A stretch of 64,000 nt of DNA, from positions 4,096,001 to 4,160,000 of the forward strand of contig OY969763.1 in assembly GCA_963702845.1 (NCBI GenBank), given 5' to 3'. Positions 53,577 to 62,723 of the stretch are shown piece after piece. Under the pieces are notes generated by a model. It was not told the DNA's origin. It worked only from the letters and a program-made list of their open reading frames with translations, and ran no database searches. A program made the translations under genes and the position numbers. This DNA is from an uncultured Verrucomicrobiae bacterium (lineage in GTDB: Bacteria; Verrucomicrobiota; Verrucomicrobiia; Limisphaerales; Palsa-1400). How positions within the stretch are numbered: position 1 is the stretch's first letter; every line of letters begins with the position of its first letter.

Positions 53577-54176
53577 ATGCCTGAACCGCAGCTTAACGTT
53601 CTCGCCGTTATCGGCAGCTTGCACAAAGATTCGGTCACGCGTGTCGTCATCAACGCGATGGCGGAGCAACTGCGTGATCGCGGCTGTAATGTGGACGTGC
53701 TCGATTTTGAGAAACATCCTTTGCCTCTCTATAATCCCGATACGTCGTACAGCCTGCCGGAATTTCCCGGGCTAAAACAACGGGTGGATAACGCTGACGT
53801 TTACGTGCTCGGCACGCCCGATTACCACGGCTGCATTAGCAGTGTGATGAAAAGTTTTCTCGACCATTTTTGGCGCGAGTTTGCGGGCAAACTGTTCGCA
53901 ACCGTGGTGGCGTCGCACGAAAAAGGCCTGACGGTCACGGACCAAATGCGCACCGTGGCGCGTCAATGTTATGCGTGGTCGTTGCCGTATGGTTTGTCAT
54001 TCATCGACGGTGAAGACGTCAAGGGCAGGTTGATCGTGAGCAAAGCGTTTGCAGACCGCATGACAATGATGGCGCATGACATCGCGGTTTACGGACGAGT
54101 GCTGACCCAGCAACGAAAAGCTGACTTGGAAGGTAAAGACCCGACGTTCCTCGCGCGGCATCGTGCGAAAGGTTAA
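53577..54176 (+). CDS. NADPH-dependent FMN reductase family protein
   Basis: IGSL, LPLYNPD, TPDYHG and FAGK motifs. Confidence 0.88.
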   Translation: MPEPQLNVLAVIGSLHKDSVTRVVINAMAEQLRDRGCNVDVLDFEKHPLPLYNPDTSYSLPEFPGLKQRVDNADVYVLGTPDYHGCISSVMKSFLDHFWREFAGKLFATVVASHEKGLTVTDQMRTVARQCYAWSLPYGLSFIDGEDVKGRLIVSKAFADRMTMMAHDIAVYGRVLTQQRKADLEGKDPTFLARHRAKG

Positions 54177-54919
54177 GTGCGTGTTTTCGGACTGCGCCGC
54201 AAGCCCGCTTGTAACCAAAGCCGCCAGACCATCGCGAGCGCTTCCCAAACGATTTTGCGCGACATCTTTGACCCACCTTGCGAACGCTCGGTGAAGACGA
54301 TTGGCACTTCGGCAATCTTATAACCATTCATCCAGAGGCGATGGGTCATTTCGATTTGGAAACTGTAACCATTCGAATGCACGGCTTCTAAATCGAGCGT
54401 CTGCAGAGCGCGACGGCGGAAGCACTTGAATCCACCAGTCGGATCAGCGAACGGCATGCCTGTGATAATTCGGACGTAACGGGCCGCGCCGGTGCTCAGG
54501 AGCAATCGCTTCAACGGCCAGTTAATAACACTGATGCGGCCGCCGCTATAGCGACAGCCCAATGCGAGGTCGGCGTTTTTGGCGGCTTCAATCAGGCGGG
54601 GCACATCGTCGGGATTGTGCGAGAGGTCGCAATCCATTTCCAAAATGAATTCGTAATCACGCTCCAGCGCCCACTTAAATCCGGCGCAGTAGGCGCGTCC
54701 CAAACCATTTTTTTCTTTGCGATGTAGGACGTGGATTGACGGATGCTTCGCGGAAATTTCTTCGGCCAGTTTGCCGGTGCCATCAGGGGAGTTGTCATCG
54801 ACGACGAGCAGGTCAACGGGAACAGGCAGCTTCAGCAGCCGCTGCGCGACTTCCGGCAAATTTTCCCGCTCGTTATAAGTCGGGACGATGACCAGGGCTT
54901 TGTTCATTAACTGCGGCAT
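54173..54919 (-). CDS. Polyprenol monophosphomannose synthase (Dpm1/Ppm1-like GT2)
   Basis: PTYNERENL, DDNSPDGT, MDCDLSH, DPTGGFK and GYSFQIE motifs. Confidence 0.92.
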   Translation of the reverse strand: MPQLMNKALVIVPTYNERENLPEVAQRLLKLPVPVDLLVVDDNSPDGTGKLAEEISAKHPSIHVLHRKEKNGLGRAYCAGFKWALERDYEFILEMDCDLSHNPDDVPRLIEAAKNADLALGCRYSGGRISVINWPLKRLLLSTGAARYVRIITGMPFADPTGGFKCFRRRALQTLDLEAVHSNGYSFQIEMTHRLWMNGYKIAEVPIVFTERSQGGSKMSRKIVWEALAMVWRLWLQAGLRRSPKTRT

Positions 54920-54952
54920 CAGAAGAACTTAATGCAATTTAAAACTCAAGCT

Positions 54953-56356
54953 TTAGCTTCCGAACTCGGCTGCAGGGTTCGACAGCTCGCGGGGGATTTC
55001 ATTCAATCGATAGCCAAAACCGGAACCGGTGACAGTCGACAGATCAACAACTCCATTGCGCCTTTGATAAAGGCCGGGGTGAACCGACGCTTCGGGTTTT
55101 GACGCTTCGGGATAGAACTGCATACCGTTCGTTTCGATACCCTCGATCGTTCCAATGTGCGCGGCGAGCAGGACATGTGGGATTTGTGCGAGCATGGGAT
55201 TGCTCAGGTCTTGAACCATGATTTGGATCCCGTGCGCCTTCGCCCAGCAACCGCTCAGGAGCGCGCCACTTTGAGTCTTGCACGTCTTGAGCGCGACGCC
55301 CGTCCAACCGAGTTCGCGCCCGAGCCGGATGAGTTTCCAGTTATGCGCGCTTTCATCCAAGAATAGCGGTTTGCGCGAGGAAATTGCGCGCACGTCCATG
55401 GGATTCTTTTCCAGGTCGTACGGGAAAGGCTGTTCGATGTAGAGCAGGCGATGGAAAATCTCCGGCTCGTCAGCGCGCAACTTGTCGAGGATGTGGACCA
55501 CGTATTGTGGATCGCTGACGGTACAATTAAAATCAGCGGTCAGTTTTTGCGCGCCCGTTTCGATGGCGATTTTTCCGACGCGAACCACTCGCTCGTAGTC
55601 CCAGCCTGCGTCGTTGCCGCGCAATTTGATCTTTAAACAATTCAAACCATCGCGCGTGATCCAGTCGCGCAACAAAACCGGGTAGCCGTCGTTAGGTTCT
55701 TTGCCCGTCAGGTCGGCGGGGTCGAGCGGGTCGAGGCCGCCAACCAGGTGCCATGCGGATAGCTTTTCTTTGCGTTTCGGTAAGAGGTAATCAACAACGG
55801 TCTTGCCGGAAAACGACACGGCCTTATCCGCGGGTGTAAGGAATTTTTCGAGGGTTCGATTGAGATGTTCAGGTCCGTAGGTCTCGTACGTTGAACGCTG
55901 GAGCAAATTGCCATAGGCGTCATGCAACGCGATGTCGAAGGCTGACGCGCAAATCAAAGCCGCCAGCCATGGCATGGCCTCGCCGACTGTTGAAAATTGG
56001 TTCGCGGAGTTGAGCAGCTTCGGCAGAACTTCGTCTTCAAATTCTGAACCGATTTCGACCGGATGCCCAAACTGCGCATTAGCAACCCACGCTTTCCCCA
56101 ACGCCAGGCATAGCTCCTTCATCTCCGCGTGCCGAGGCTCGTAAGCCAAAGTGCTCGGCCAACCCCACTGCACGCTCAACGGCGTTTCGCCCCACCCTTC
56201 CGCTGTGCGTCCATCGCGCGACTGAACGCGCATTTGAACACGAGCGCACGTGACCGAAGACAACGTCTCTGGTCCGAACTTAATCGGCATCCGTGTTTTG
56301 ATCGGCAGAAAATAAACCGCCGCGCCGACACATCGCACATCTGAAGGTTTGCTCAC
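54953..56356 (-). CDS. Enolase-superfamily (mandelate racemase/MLE-like) enzyme
   Basis: KIKL (KxK) plus ADFN, IEQP and LDES metal ligands; start is probably GTG 56356. Confidence 0.82.
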   Translation of the reverse strand: MSKPSDVRCVGAAVYFLPIKTRMPIKFGPETLSSVTCARVQMRVQSRDGRTAEGWGETPLSVQWGWPSTLAYEPRHAEMKELCLALGKAWVANAQFGHPVEIGSEFEDEVLPKLLNSANQFSTVGEAMPWLAALICASAFDIALHDAYGNLLQRSTYETYGPEHLNRTLEKFLTPADKAVSFSGKTVVDYLLPKRKEKLSAWHLVGGLDPLDPADLTGKEPNDGYPVLLRDWITRDGLNCLKIKLRGNDAGWDYERVVRVGKIAIETGAQKLTADFNCTVSDPQYVVHILDKLRADEPEIFHRLLYIEQPFPYDLEKNPMDVRAISSRKPLFLDESAHNWKLIRLGRELGWTGVALKTCKTQSGALLSGCWAKAHGIQIMVQDLSNPMLAQIPHVLLAAHIGTIEGIETNGMQFYPEASKPEASVHPGLYQRRNGVVDLSTVTGSGFGYRLNEIPRELSNPAAEFGS

Positions 56357-56446
56357 GCGATGGCAGGCTAGGCAAACGTCAGACGATGTCAATTTCCGCG
56401 CGACTGAACATTGCAACCCCAATGCGACTCCCTTAAAATAGCAAAT

Positions 56447-57037
56447 ATGAAACGCTGGTTTTTACTTAGTGCCGTTGCCGCCTTGACTGTTCTCAGCCGA
56501 TCTGCTTTTGCAGACACAACGGCTCTCGACCTGATCGCGGAAGGCAATCGATACGTCGGCGAGCAATCGAAGGATAAAGTCGTCGAGATTTTTTCCGAAA
56601 AGTCCATCGCCAACCTCACGCCCAAGATTTGGACCGTCGTCTATTTTGATCCGACCGCGACGTTCAAATCAGTCCAGGTGCGCTTCGAAGCCGGCAAAAT
56701 GAAAGATGTGAAACGCCCGTTCCGCGTTTTGCAAATGGGCACGGGCGAACATAAGACGCTCGACATGACCAAAGTTAAAATCGATTCCGACAAAGCGCTG
56801 TCCATCGCGAAAAAACAACCGATCCTTGAAGGCCTTGAATTGCGCGGTTCACAATTGTGGCTCGCTACGGGCAATTCCCGTGTCAGCGACCTCTACACCG
56901 GCCCTGTGTGGAAAGTGAAGTTCTTCGCAGCAAAGACGAGCAACAAGAATGCGACCGCCGATGTCGGCGATATCTATATCGCGGCTGATGACGGCAAAAT
57001 CATCAAGGACGAGTTCCACATCAATAACGCGGAATAG
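56447..57037 (+). CDS. Secreted hypothetical protein (PepSY-like C-terminus)
   Basis: Signal peptide with AFA cleavage; IDSDKALSIA...PVWKV...IAADDGKI. Confidence 0.7.
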   Translation: MKRWFLLSAVAALTVLSRSAFADTTALDLIAEGNRYVGEQSKDKVVEIFSEKSIANLTPKIWTVVYFDPTATFKSVQVRFEAGKMKDVKRPFRVLQMGTGEHKTLDMTKVKIDSDKALSIAKKQPILEGLELRGSQLWLATGNSRVSDLYTGPVWKVKFFAAKTSNKNATADVGDIYIAADDGKIIKDEFHINNAE

Positions 57038-57041
57038 CGCG

Positions 57042-58121
57042 TTAATTCGTCGCCCTCTCGACCATCAACTCGTTAAATCCGGTCTGCTGATCGAGGGGAC
57101 GGGCGAAGCGCAGATTTTTTGCTTCGCCGATAATGATCTCTGCTGTTGTGTAAATCTTGCAACCGTCGACGAGATGACCACCGATTGTTTTGCCTGTTTC
57201 GTCTGACAACGAAATGTGCAGGTGTGGACCATCCGGCGAAAGCGTGCCGACGAGCGAAACGATTTCGAATTTGCCGTTGAATGGTGTCGATTGTTTTTGA
57301 TCAGCGAGACGAAGCTTAGCTGATTCAAGACTTCCAACTGCCGTCACTATAAATCCCGCGCGCAGATGATGCGCCCGCGTGTAGTCTTCCAGAGCCAACC
57401 GTAAATCGTCGTGCGGATTCAACCGCAACACATGAACTCTAGTCTTCGATGACAACGAGCGTTGATGCGCATGCTGAAGTTCAGACCGAATCTGCATCAG
57501 GATATCGTAATAACGCCAGGCAGCGGGCGGATTCGGCTCCTGTTTGTGATCGGGCTTGAGAATCAAATCACCTGTCGCGAGCAGCACTTTGCGAACTTTT
57601 GGATTCTGCAAAACCTTTGCCCGCATCGCTTCAACAATGAGCCTATATTGTTCACCGGGTTGCGCAGGACGATATTCAAAACGCCGTCCTTCAAACGTGA
57701 CCCAGTTGATTCCCATTTTCTTCATGTTCGCTGAGCCGATATCTCCTGCCCGCTTGGCTTCGAAGCTGGACATCCGCTCGACTTGCGCGCGCGTGTAAGG
57801 CAATTCCAAACCTGGAAATTTTGCGCGAGCATCATCGGCGCTTTCCGGAAACTTCATCGCCTGCCAAAATCCTTCGATACTCGCGTAGCGCTTGCCGCGA
57901 AACGTGAAGGGCGTCGGTGCGAAATTTGAAAGAAGACCGAGTTCGTTGCGTTTGGAAAGGATGACCTCGTTGGGTTTCGCGTCTTGCGGAAAAATCTCCC
58001 AAGCAGGCGCACCATTGGTCGGCACAGGAGTCCACCAGTGCGCAGGATATTTGTGAGGCTTCGTCGTTGCGCAGCCACAAGCCAGCAAACCGACCAGCAG
58101 CAACGTTTGATGTATACGCAT
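57042..58121 (-). CDS. Lipoprotein with a NADAR-like domain fused to a PPC/DUF296 domain
   Basis: Lipobox LLACGC; NADAR motifs LSNF, SIEGFWQAMKF and AK..QNP...LLATGD; PPC motifs AVGSL, FEIVSLVGT, HLHISLSD and GGHL. Confidence 0.78.
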   Translation of the reverse strand: MRIHQTLLLVGLLACGCATTKPHKYPAHWWTPVPTNGAPAWEIFPQDAKPNEVILSKRNELGLLSNFAPTPFTFRGKRYASIEGFWQAMKFPESADDARAKFPGLELPYTRAQVERMSSFEAKRAGDIGSANMKKMGINWVTFEGRRFEYRPAQPGEQYRLIVEAMRAKVLQNPKVRKVLLATGDLILKPDHKQEPNPPAAWRYYDILMQIRSELQHAHQRSLSSKTRVHVLRLNPHDDLRLALEDYTRAHHLRAGFIVTAVGSLESAKLRLADQKQSTPFNGKFEIVSLVGTLSPDGPHLHISLSDETGKTIGGHLVDGCKIYTTAEIIIGEAKNLRFARPLDQQTGFNELMVERATN

Positions 58122-58180
58122 GCGGCTATCGATGTAGCCGAACGCAACCGATAAATGAATACCAAAAGAAGCCGTTGGGT

Positions 58181-59440
58181 TTAACCAACGAACTTTTTCG
58201 CGATGAGTGTCGCGTTGTGGCCACCGAATCCGAATGAGTTGTTCACGATTGCATTCACCGGCATTTCACGCGCGGTGTGCGGAATGTAGTCGAGGTCGCA
58301 CTGAGCATCGGGGTTGTCCAGGTTGATCGTTGGCGGAACAATTCCTTTTTCGATCGCCTTCACGCAAATCGCCATTTCGACCGCACCAGCGGCACCAAGC
58401 ATGTGACCCGTCGCGCCTTTGGTGGAGCTGACGGCCAAGCGCTTGGCATAATCGCCAAAAACGGTTTTGATCGCCTGGGTTTCCGCGATATCGCCCTGCG
58501 GAGTTGCGGTGCCGTGGGCGTTGACGTAGGAAATATCCTGTGGGTTCAGACCAGCCGAACGCAGCGCCATTTTCATGCAACGCGCCGCGCCTTCACCTTC
58601 CGGAGACGGAGCAGTGATGTGGTTTGCATCCGCGGTGTTGCCGTAACCGACCAGTTCCGCGTAAATCTTCGCTCCACGCGCTTTTGCGTGTTCCAGCTCT
58701 TCCAGCAAAATGACACCCGCGCCCTCGCCCATCACAAAACCATCGCGTTCTTTATCGAACGGGCGCGAGGCGTGTTGAGGATCATCATTGCGCGTGCTCA
58801 TTGCTTTCATTGCGCAGAAACCGCCAACCCCCAAGGCACAAATGGCAGCTTCACTCCCTCCCGCGAACATCGCCACTGCATCGCCCATTTTGAGCGTGCG
58901 CCAAGCTTCGCCGATCGCGTGCGTCGAGGTGGCGCAGGCCGAACATGTCGCGACGTTCGGACCGCGCAGTTTGTAGTACATCGAGAACAACCCCGAGCCC
59001 ATATTCAAAATGAGCATCGGAATCATGAACGGCGACAAACGACCGGGCCCTTTGGACAAATAGATTTTATGCTGATCTTCGGTCGTTTCGAGACCGCCGA
59101 TACCCGAGCCGATGAAAGCGCCAACCTGGTCACGATCGACCTTATCCAGATCGATGCCGGAATCCTTCAACGCTCGGTTCGCCGCTGAAATCGAGAACTG
59201 GGTAAAACGGTCCGTGCGCCGCACTTCCTTAGGCGACGGCAGGTCAGCCGCCGGATCAAAATCCGGCACTTGCGCGGCGATGCGACAATCGAAAGCGGAC
59301 GCGTCAAACGCGGTGATCGGGCCAATACCACACTTGCCCGCGACCACGTTGTTCCAAAACGTATCCACGTCCTTCCCGAGTGACGAAATCACGCCCAAAC
59401 CCGTGATAACCACCCGCCGTTCTGTCCAATTGCTTGCCAT
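58181..59440 (-). CDS. fabF: Beta-ketoacyl-ACP synthase II
   Basis: SACATS, NAHGT, GHMLGAAG and NSFGFGGHN motifs. Confidence 0.97.
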   Translation of the reverse strand: MASNWTERRVVITGLGVISSLGKDVDTFWNNVVAGKCGIGPITAFDASAFDCRIAAQVPDFDPAADLPSPKEVRRTDRFTQFSISAANRALKDSGIDLDKVDRDQVGAFIGSGIGGLETTEDQHKIYLSKGPGRLSPFMIPMLILNMGSGLFSMYYKLRGPNVATCSACATSTHAIGEAWRTLKMGDAVAMFAGGSEAAICALGVGGFCAMKAMSTRNDDPQHASRPFDKERDGFVMGEGAGVILLEELEHAKARGAKIYAELVGYGNTADANHITAPSPEGEGAARCMKMALRSAGLNPQDISYVNAHGTATPQGDIAETQAIKTVFGDYAKRLAVSSTKGATGHMLGAAGAVEMAICVKAIEKGIVPPTINLDNPDAQCDLDYIPHTAREMPVNAIVNNSFGFGGHNATLIAKKFVG

Positions 59441-59475
59441 AAAAAAGGGCAGCGTGGAACTGGCCAGGCTGCCCT
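59441..59475 (-). terminator. Terminator-like hairpin between acpP and fabF
   Basis: Minus strand AGGGCAGC...GCTGCCCT followed by a T run, ending at the fabF ATG. Confidence 0.75.
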
Positions 59476-59489
59476 ATAAAATTAAACCC

Positions 59490-59735
59490 TTACTTCTTCT
59501 GCGTGTCTTCGATATATTTAATGACGTCGCCGACGGTCTGCAGTTTTTCGGCCTGTTCGTCAGGGATTTCGTTACCGAACTCTTCTTCCAATGCCATGAC
59601 CAATTCCACCGTGTCCAACGAATCCGCGCCGAGGTCCTCGATGAATTTAGCTTCAGGAGTGACCTGATCCGCATTGACGCCGAGTTGTTCGACGATGATT
59701 TCTTTTACTCTTTGCTCAATTGATTTATCTGCCAT
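59490..59735 (-). CDS. acpP: Acyl carrier protein
   Basis: [20 protein letters not shown]. Confidence 0.98.
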   Translation of the reverse strand: MADKSIEQRVKEIIVEQLGVNADQVTPEAKFIEDLGADSLDTVELVMALEEEFGNEIPDEQAEKLQTVGDVIKYIEDTQKK

Positions 59736-59944
59736 TGGTTTGTTCTCCAAATTTTTATTTTGGTCTGTGTCTATGCCCCACGTATTGGGGGGCGTCAAGT
59801 CCTGAAATACAAGTATTTCATTTAACTCTGCGCAAGCATCGGTTTAACGCGCCAAATGTCAATGCAAAGTGGTGATGTGCTTTTTTGCGCCGTCATGTAA
59901 AACGCCAAAAACGCAACAATCTAAGGTGCTCAGCGTTTTAAAAA

Positions 59945-60292
59945 TCAGGTTTCGAAAGATTTGCCACACCCGCAGCTTTGCTTCGCGTTTGGATTGGTGA
60001 TTTTAAAGCCACCCCCCGTTAAGGCGTCGCTAAAATCGACCACTGCGCCACGGACGTAATCGGCGCTGAACGGGTCAACGAGGATGCTGACGCCGTGGCC
60101 GGACGATTCCGTATCATCGGCGCGCTTTTCGTCGAAAACCATCCCATAGGACATGCCTGAACAGCCGCCTTGCTCCACGTAAACGCGCAGGTTCTTGCCC
60201 ACGTTTTCCGGTTGGGCGAGCTTCGCCTTGATCTCTTCCGCCGCGGACGGGGTGAGGTTCACGACGTTCTGGGTGTCGGCTGCATTCGTCAT
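59945..60292 (-). CDS. HesB/IscA/ErpA A-type Fe-S carrier
   Basis: GGCSGMSY and NPNAKQSCGCGKSF motifs. Confidence 0.95.
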   Translation of the reverse strand: MTNAADTQNVVNLTPSAAEEIKAKLAQPENVGKNLRVYVEQGGCSGMSYGMVFDEKRADDTESSGHGVSILVDPFSADYVRGAVVDFSDALTGGGFKITNPNAKQSCGCGKSFET

Positions 60293-60349
60293 ATTTAAAA
60301 GCTACCAAACTGCGTCTGAAGTGTCAAAAAGCCGACGCAACGGAATTTC

Positions 60350-60628
60350 CTATTTTGGGTTACGGATCTTTTCCTTCTTCTGCTCCAACTCGGCCTGAAA
60401 CGCTTTGCGGTCGCGAACGAGTTGCTCTTCCATCTGGTGATATTCTTCGGCGTCACCTTTTTCGACGGCTTTCTGCAATGCGCCTTTCAGGAAAATTTCG
60501 CGTTCCGCAATTTTCGCAGCGTATTTGGCATCCAAGTCCGCGAGTTCTTTCTTCTGCGCGTCAGTGATCTTCATTGTTGGCTGCGTTTTCGCGAGCCGTT
60601 CCATTGCTAATTCATACGCCGATTTCAT
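60350..60628 (-). CDS. Small coiled-coil hypothetical protein
   Basis: MKSAYELAMERL...; helical and charged; co-oriented within the cluster. Confidence 0.8.
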   Translation of the reverse strand: MKSAYELAMERLAKTQPTMKITDAQKKELADLDAKYAAKIAEREIFLKGALQKAVEKGDAEEYHQMEEQLVRDRKAFQAELEQKKEKIRNPK

Positions 60629-60655
60629 TGTGTCTTACTGAATAGTGAAAACTGA

Positions 60656-61114
60656 TTACTGAATACTTTTGTTTTTCTTCCAGGGCATGTCCGGAAACTT
60701 CGCCGGCGGCGGTTTGACCGGTTGCGGTGGTGGTGGCGGTTTCGCCATTTCCAATTCTTGTTCTTCAGCCGTTTTCGTCGCCGGAGCAGACATGTTGCCG
60801 CGCCACGAGGAAATGCGCGACTGCAACGCGTAATGCTCCGCCGTCGGCTTGTCGCCGGTTTTCATATAGGCCCGCGATAAATTCGTATAAACCAACTGAT
60901 CGTTCGGCCGCATCTTTTCAGCCTTGTGACCCTCAGCGATGGCCATCGCGTAATCGCCCTTGGCGTAGTAGGCCGCGCCTAACGCGAGTTGTGCGTCGAA
61001 GAACTCGGGATTCTGTTCGAGAATGCCTTTCAACTTTGCGATAGCTTCGTCCGCCTTCCCTTGCGAAAAGTCGAACATAGCGTCATCGAATTGTTCCTGA
61101 AGGGAATCACTCAC
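60656..61114 (-). CDS. Short TPR protein with a Pro-rich tail
   Basis: AQLALGAAY and PNDQLVYTNLSRAY TPR motifs; probable GTG start at 61114. Confidence 0.8.
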   Translation of the reverse strand: MSDSLQEQFDDAMFDFSQGKADEAIAKLKGILEQNPEFFDAQLALGAAYYAKGDYAMAIAEGHKAEKMRPNDQLVYTNLSRAYMKTGDKPTAEHYALQSRISSWRGNMSAPATKTAEEQELEMAKPPPPPQPVKPPPAKFPDMPWKKNKSIQ

Positions 61115-61265
61115 ATCCGCAAAGTGACACGCCATTGCACGGTGTTCAACAACGTTCAACCTGCTGCACACGGATTATGCAGATAAAGTAGTGCTACTTT
61201 TGCACAGACAAAAACACTGCCTCCACAAGATTTGCAAACATGGCGCACGAGCGAAGCTCGTCTTT

Positions 61266-62723
61266 TTACTCTGAAGCTTGCTTACGATTGCGCTTCTTCT
61301 TGGGCTGCACTTCGCCGGTTTTCGTTCGTTCGTCGTATTCAGACAACCGATCTTCCACAATGCCGCGCTTGATTAATTCGGTCTCAGCGATCGCACCCAT
61401 GTCTTTTGTATCAACCAGCCATTTATCCATCGCGACACGAAGCTCGCCAATTTTTTGAGTAAGCTGCGGCGTCATTGATTGCGGCGACGCGAGCAGGTTG
61501 TGGATTTCCCATGGGTCGGTCTGACAATCGTAGAATTCCTCCGCCGGTTTCGTGGGCGCAAAGAACAGTTCCTGCGTGCTGTTCAATTTTCCTTCACCGT
61601 TCCATTTACGCCACACCTGCATCGTCGGCATCAACTCGTTGTAAGCGATTCGTTGAGCGTAGGGCAGTTCAGGGCGGAAGTTGCGGATGTATTTATAACG
61701 TTTGTCGCGAACGGCGCGGATGCGGTCGGGCGTTTCATCCATACGATCGCGCGCGGCGAAAATGTATTGGCGTTGTTTGGCCGGAGTGCCGAGAAAAACG
61801 TTACCCTGCATATTGGTCGGCACCGGCAAGCCAGCGACAGAGATCATCGTTGGCCCAAAATCGATGAAACCGACTAGATCGCCGCGTTTGGTGTTTGGCG
61901 GGATTTGTCCAGGCCAGCGAACGATGAGCGGCACGTGAATGCCGCTGTCGTAGGTCCAACGTTTAAAACGCGGCATGCCGCGGCCATGGTCGCCGGTGAC
62001 GAGAATTATGGTGTTCGACGCAGCACCCCAGCGCTCCAGCGTCTTCAACACTTCACCCATTTGTTTGTCCACGGCGGTAACGAGGTCGTAATAGTTGGCG
62101 ATGTCGCGCCGCACTTCTGGTGCATCTGGGTAGAACGGCGGCACGAACATGCGCTTCGGATCGTGTCGGTCGGACGATGTCAGTTTGCTGGTCAGTCGCT
62201 CGAAGGTTTCCGCGTCTGCACGAATCTTACTCTCGTGCGACCAAACAATGTTATAGAAACCGAAAAACGGTTCTTTTGGTTTTTGCTTCGTCCAATCAGT
62301 GCGGACATCGAAAGCATCGGCGGGAAGTTCGAAATTGAAATCGGTCTTTCCGAACTGATCTTTGGTCGGCCAACAAATCGTGTAACCGGCGTCGTGCAGA
62401 TATTTGGTGAACATGGTCGGCGGCTTGAACAAACGCGACCTCATGTGATGGCTGCCGATGGTGGTCGGATACATACCCGTGATCAGCCCTGAACGGCTTG
62501 GCGCACAAACAGGCGCGTGCGTATAGCAGTTCGAATAGAGCGCGCCTTCCGTCGCCAGCTTGTCCATCACCGGCGTGATGGCGTTGGTATCTCCGTAACA
62601 CCCGAGTTCCGGTCCCATGTCTTCACCGAATAGCCAAACGATGTTCGGTTGAGTGGCGCAAAAGCTGTTCGTCACCAGTGCGAACAATCCGGCGAAAACT
62701 GCGATGAATTTATTTCGTGACAT
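61266..62723 (-). CDS. Cys-type (formylglycine-dependent) sulfatase
   Basis: PNIVW, CAPSRSGLITG, GDHG and RDRMDE motifs; signal peptide. Confidence 0.93.
   Translation of the reverse strand: MSRNKFIAVFAGLFALVTNSFCATQPNIVWLFGEDMGPELGCYGDTNAITPVMDKLATEGALYSNCYTHAPVCAPSRSGLITGMYPTTIGSHHMRSRLFKPPTMFTKYLHDAGYTICWPTKDQFGKTDFNFELPADAFDVRTDWTKQKPKEPFFGFYNIVWSHESKIRADAETFERLTSKLTSSDRHDPKRMFVPPFYPDAPEVRRDIANYYDLVTAVDKQMGEVLKTLERWGAASNTIILVTGDHGRGMPRFKRWTYDSGIHVPLIVRWPGQIPPNTKRGDLVGFIDFGPTMISVAGLPVPTNMQGNVFLGTPAKQRQYIFAARDRMDETPDRIRAVRDKRYKYIRNFRPELPYAQRIAYNELMPTMQVWRKWNGEGKLNSTQELFFAPTKPAEEFYDCQTDPWEIHNLLASPQSMTPQLTQKIGELRVAMDKWLVDTKDMGAIAETELIKRGIVEDRLSEYDERTKTGEVQPKKKRNRKQASE

Noticed and set aside
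56447..58121. DarT-NADAR toxin-antitoxin or defence module
   Set aside because: The neighbours are a secreted PepSY-like protein and fabF; no ADP-ribosyltransferase motifs are visible.
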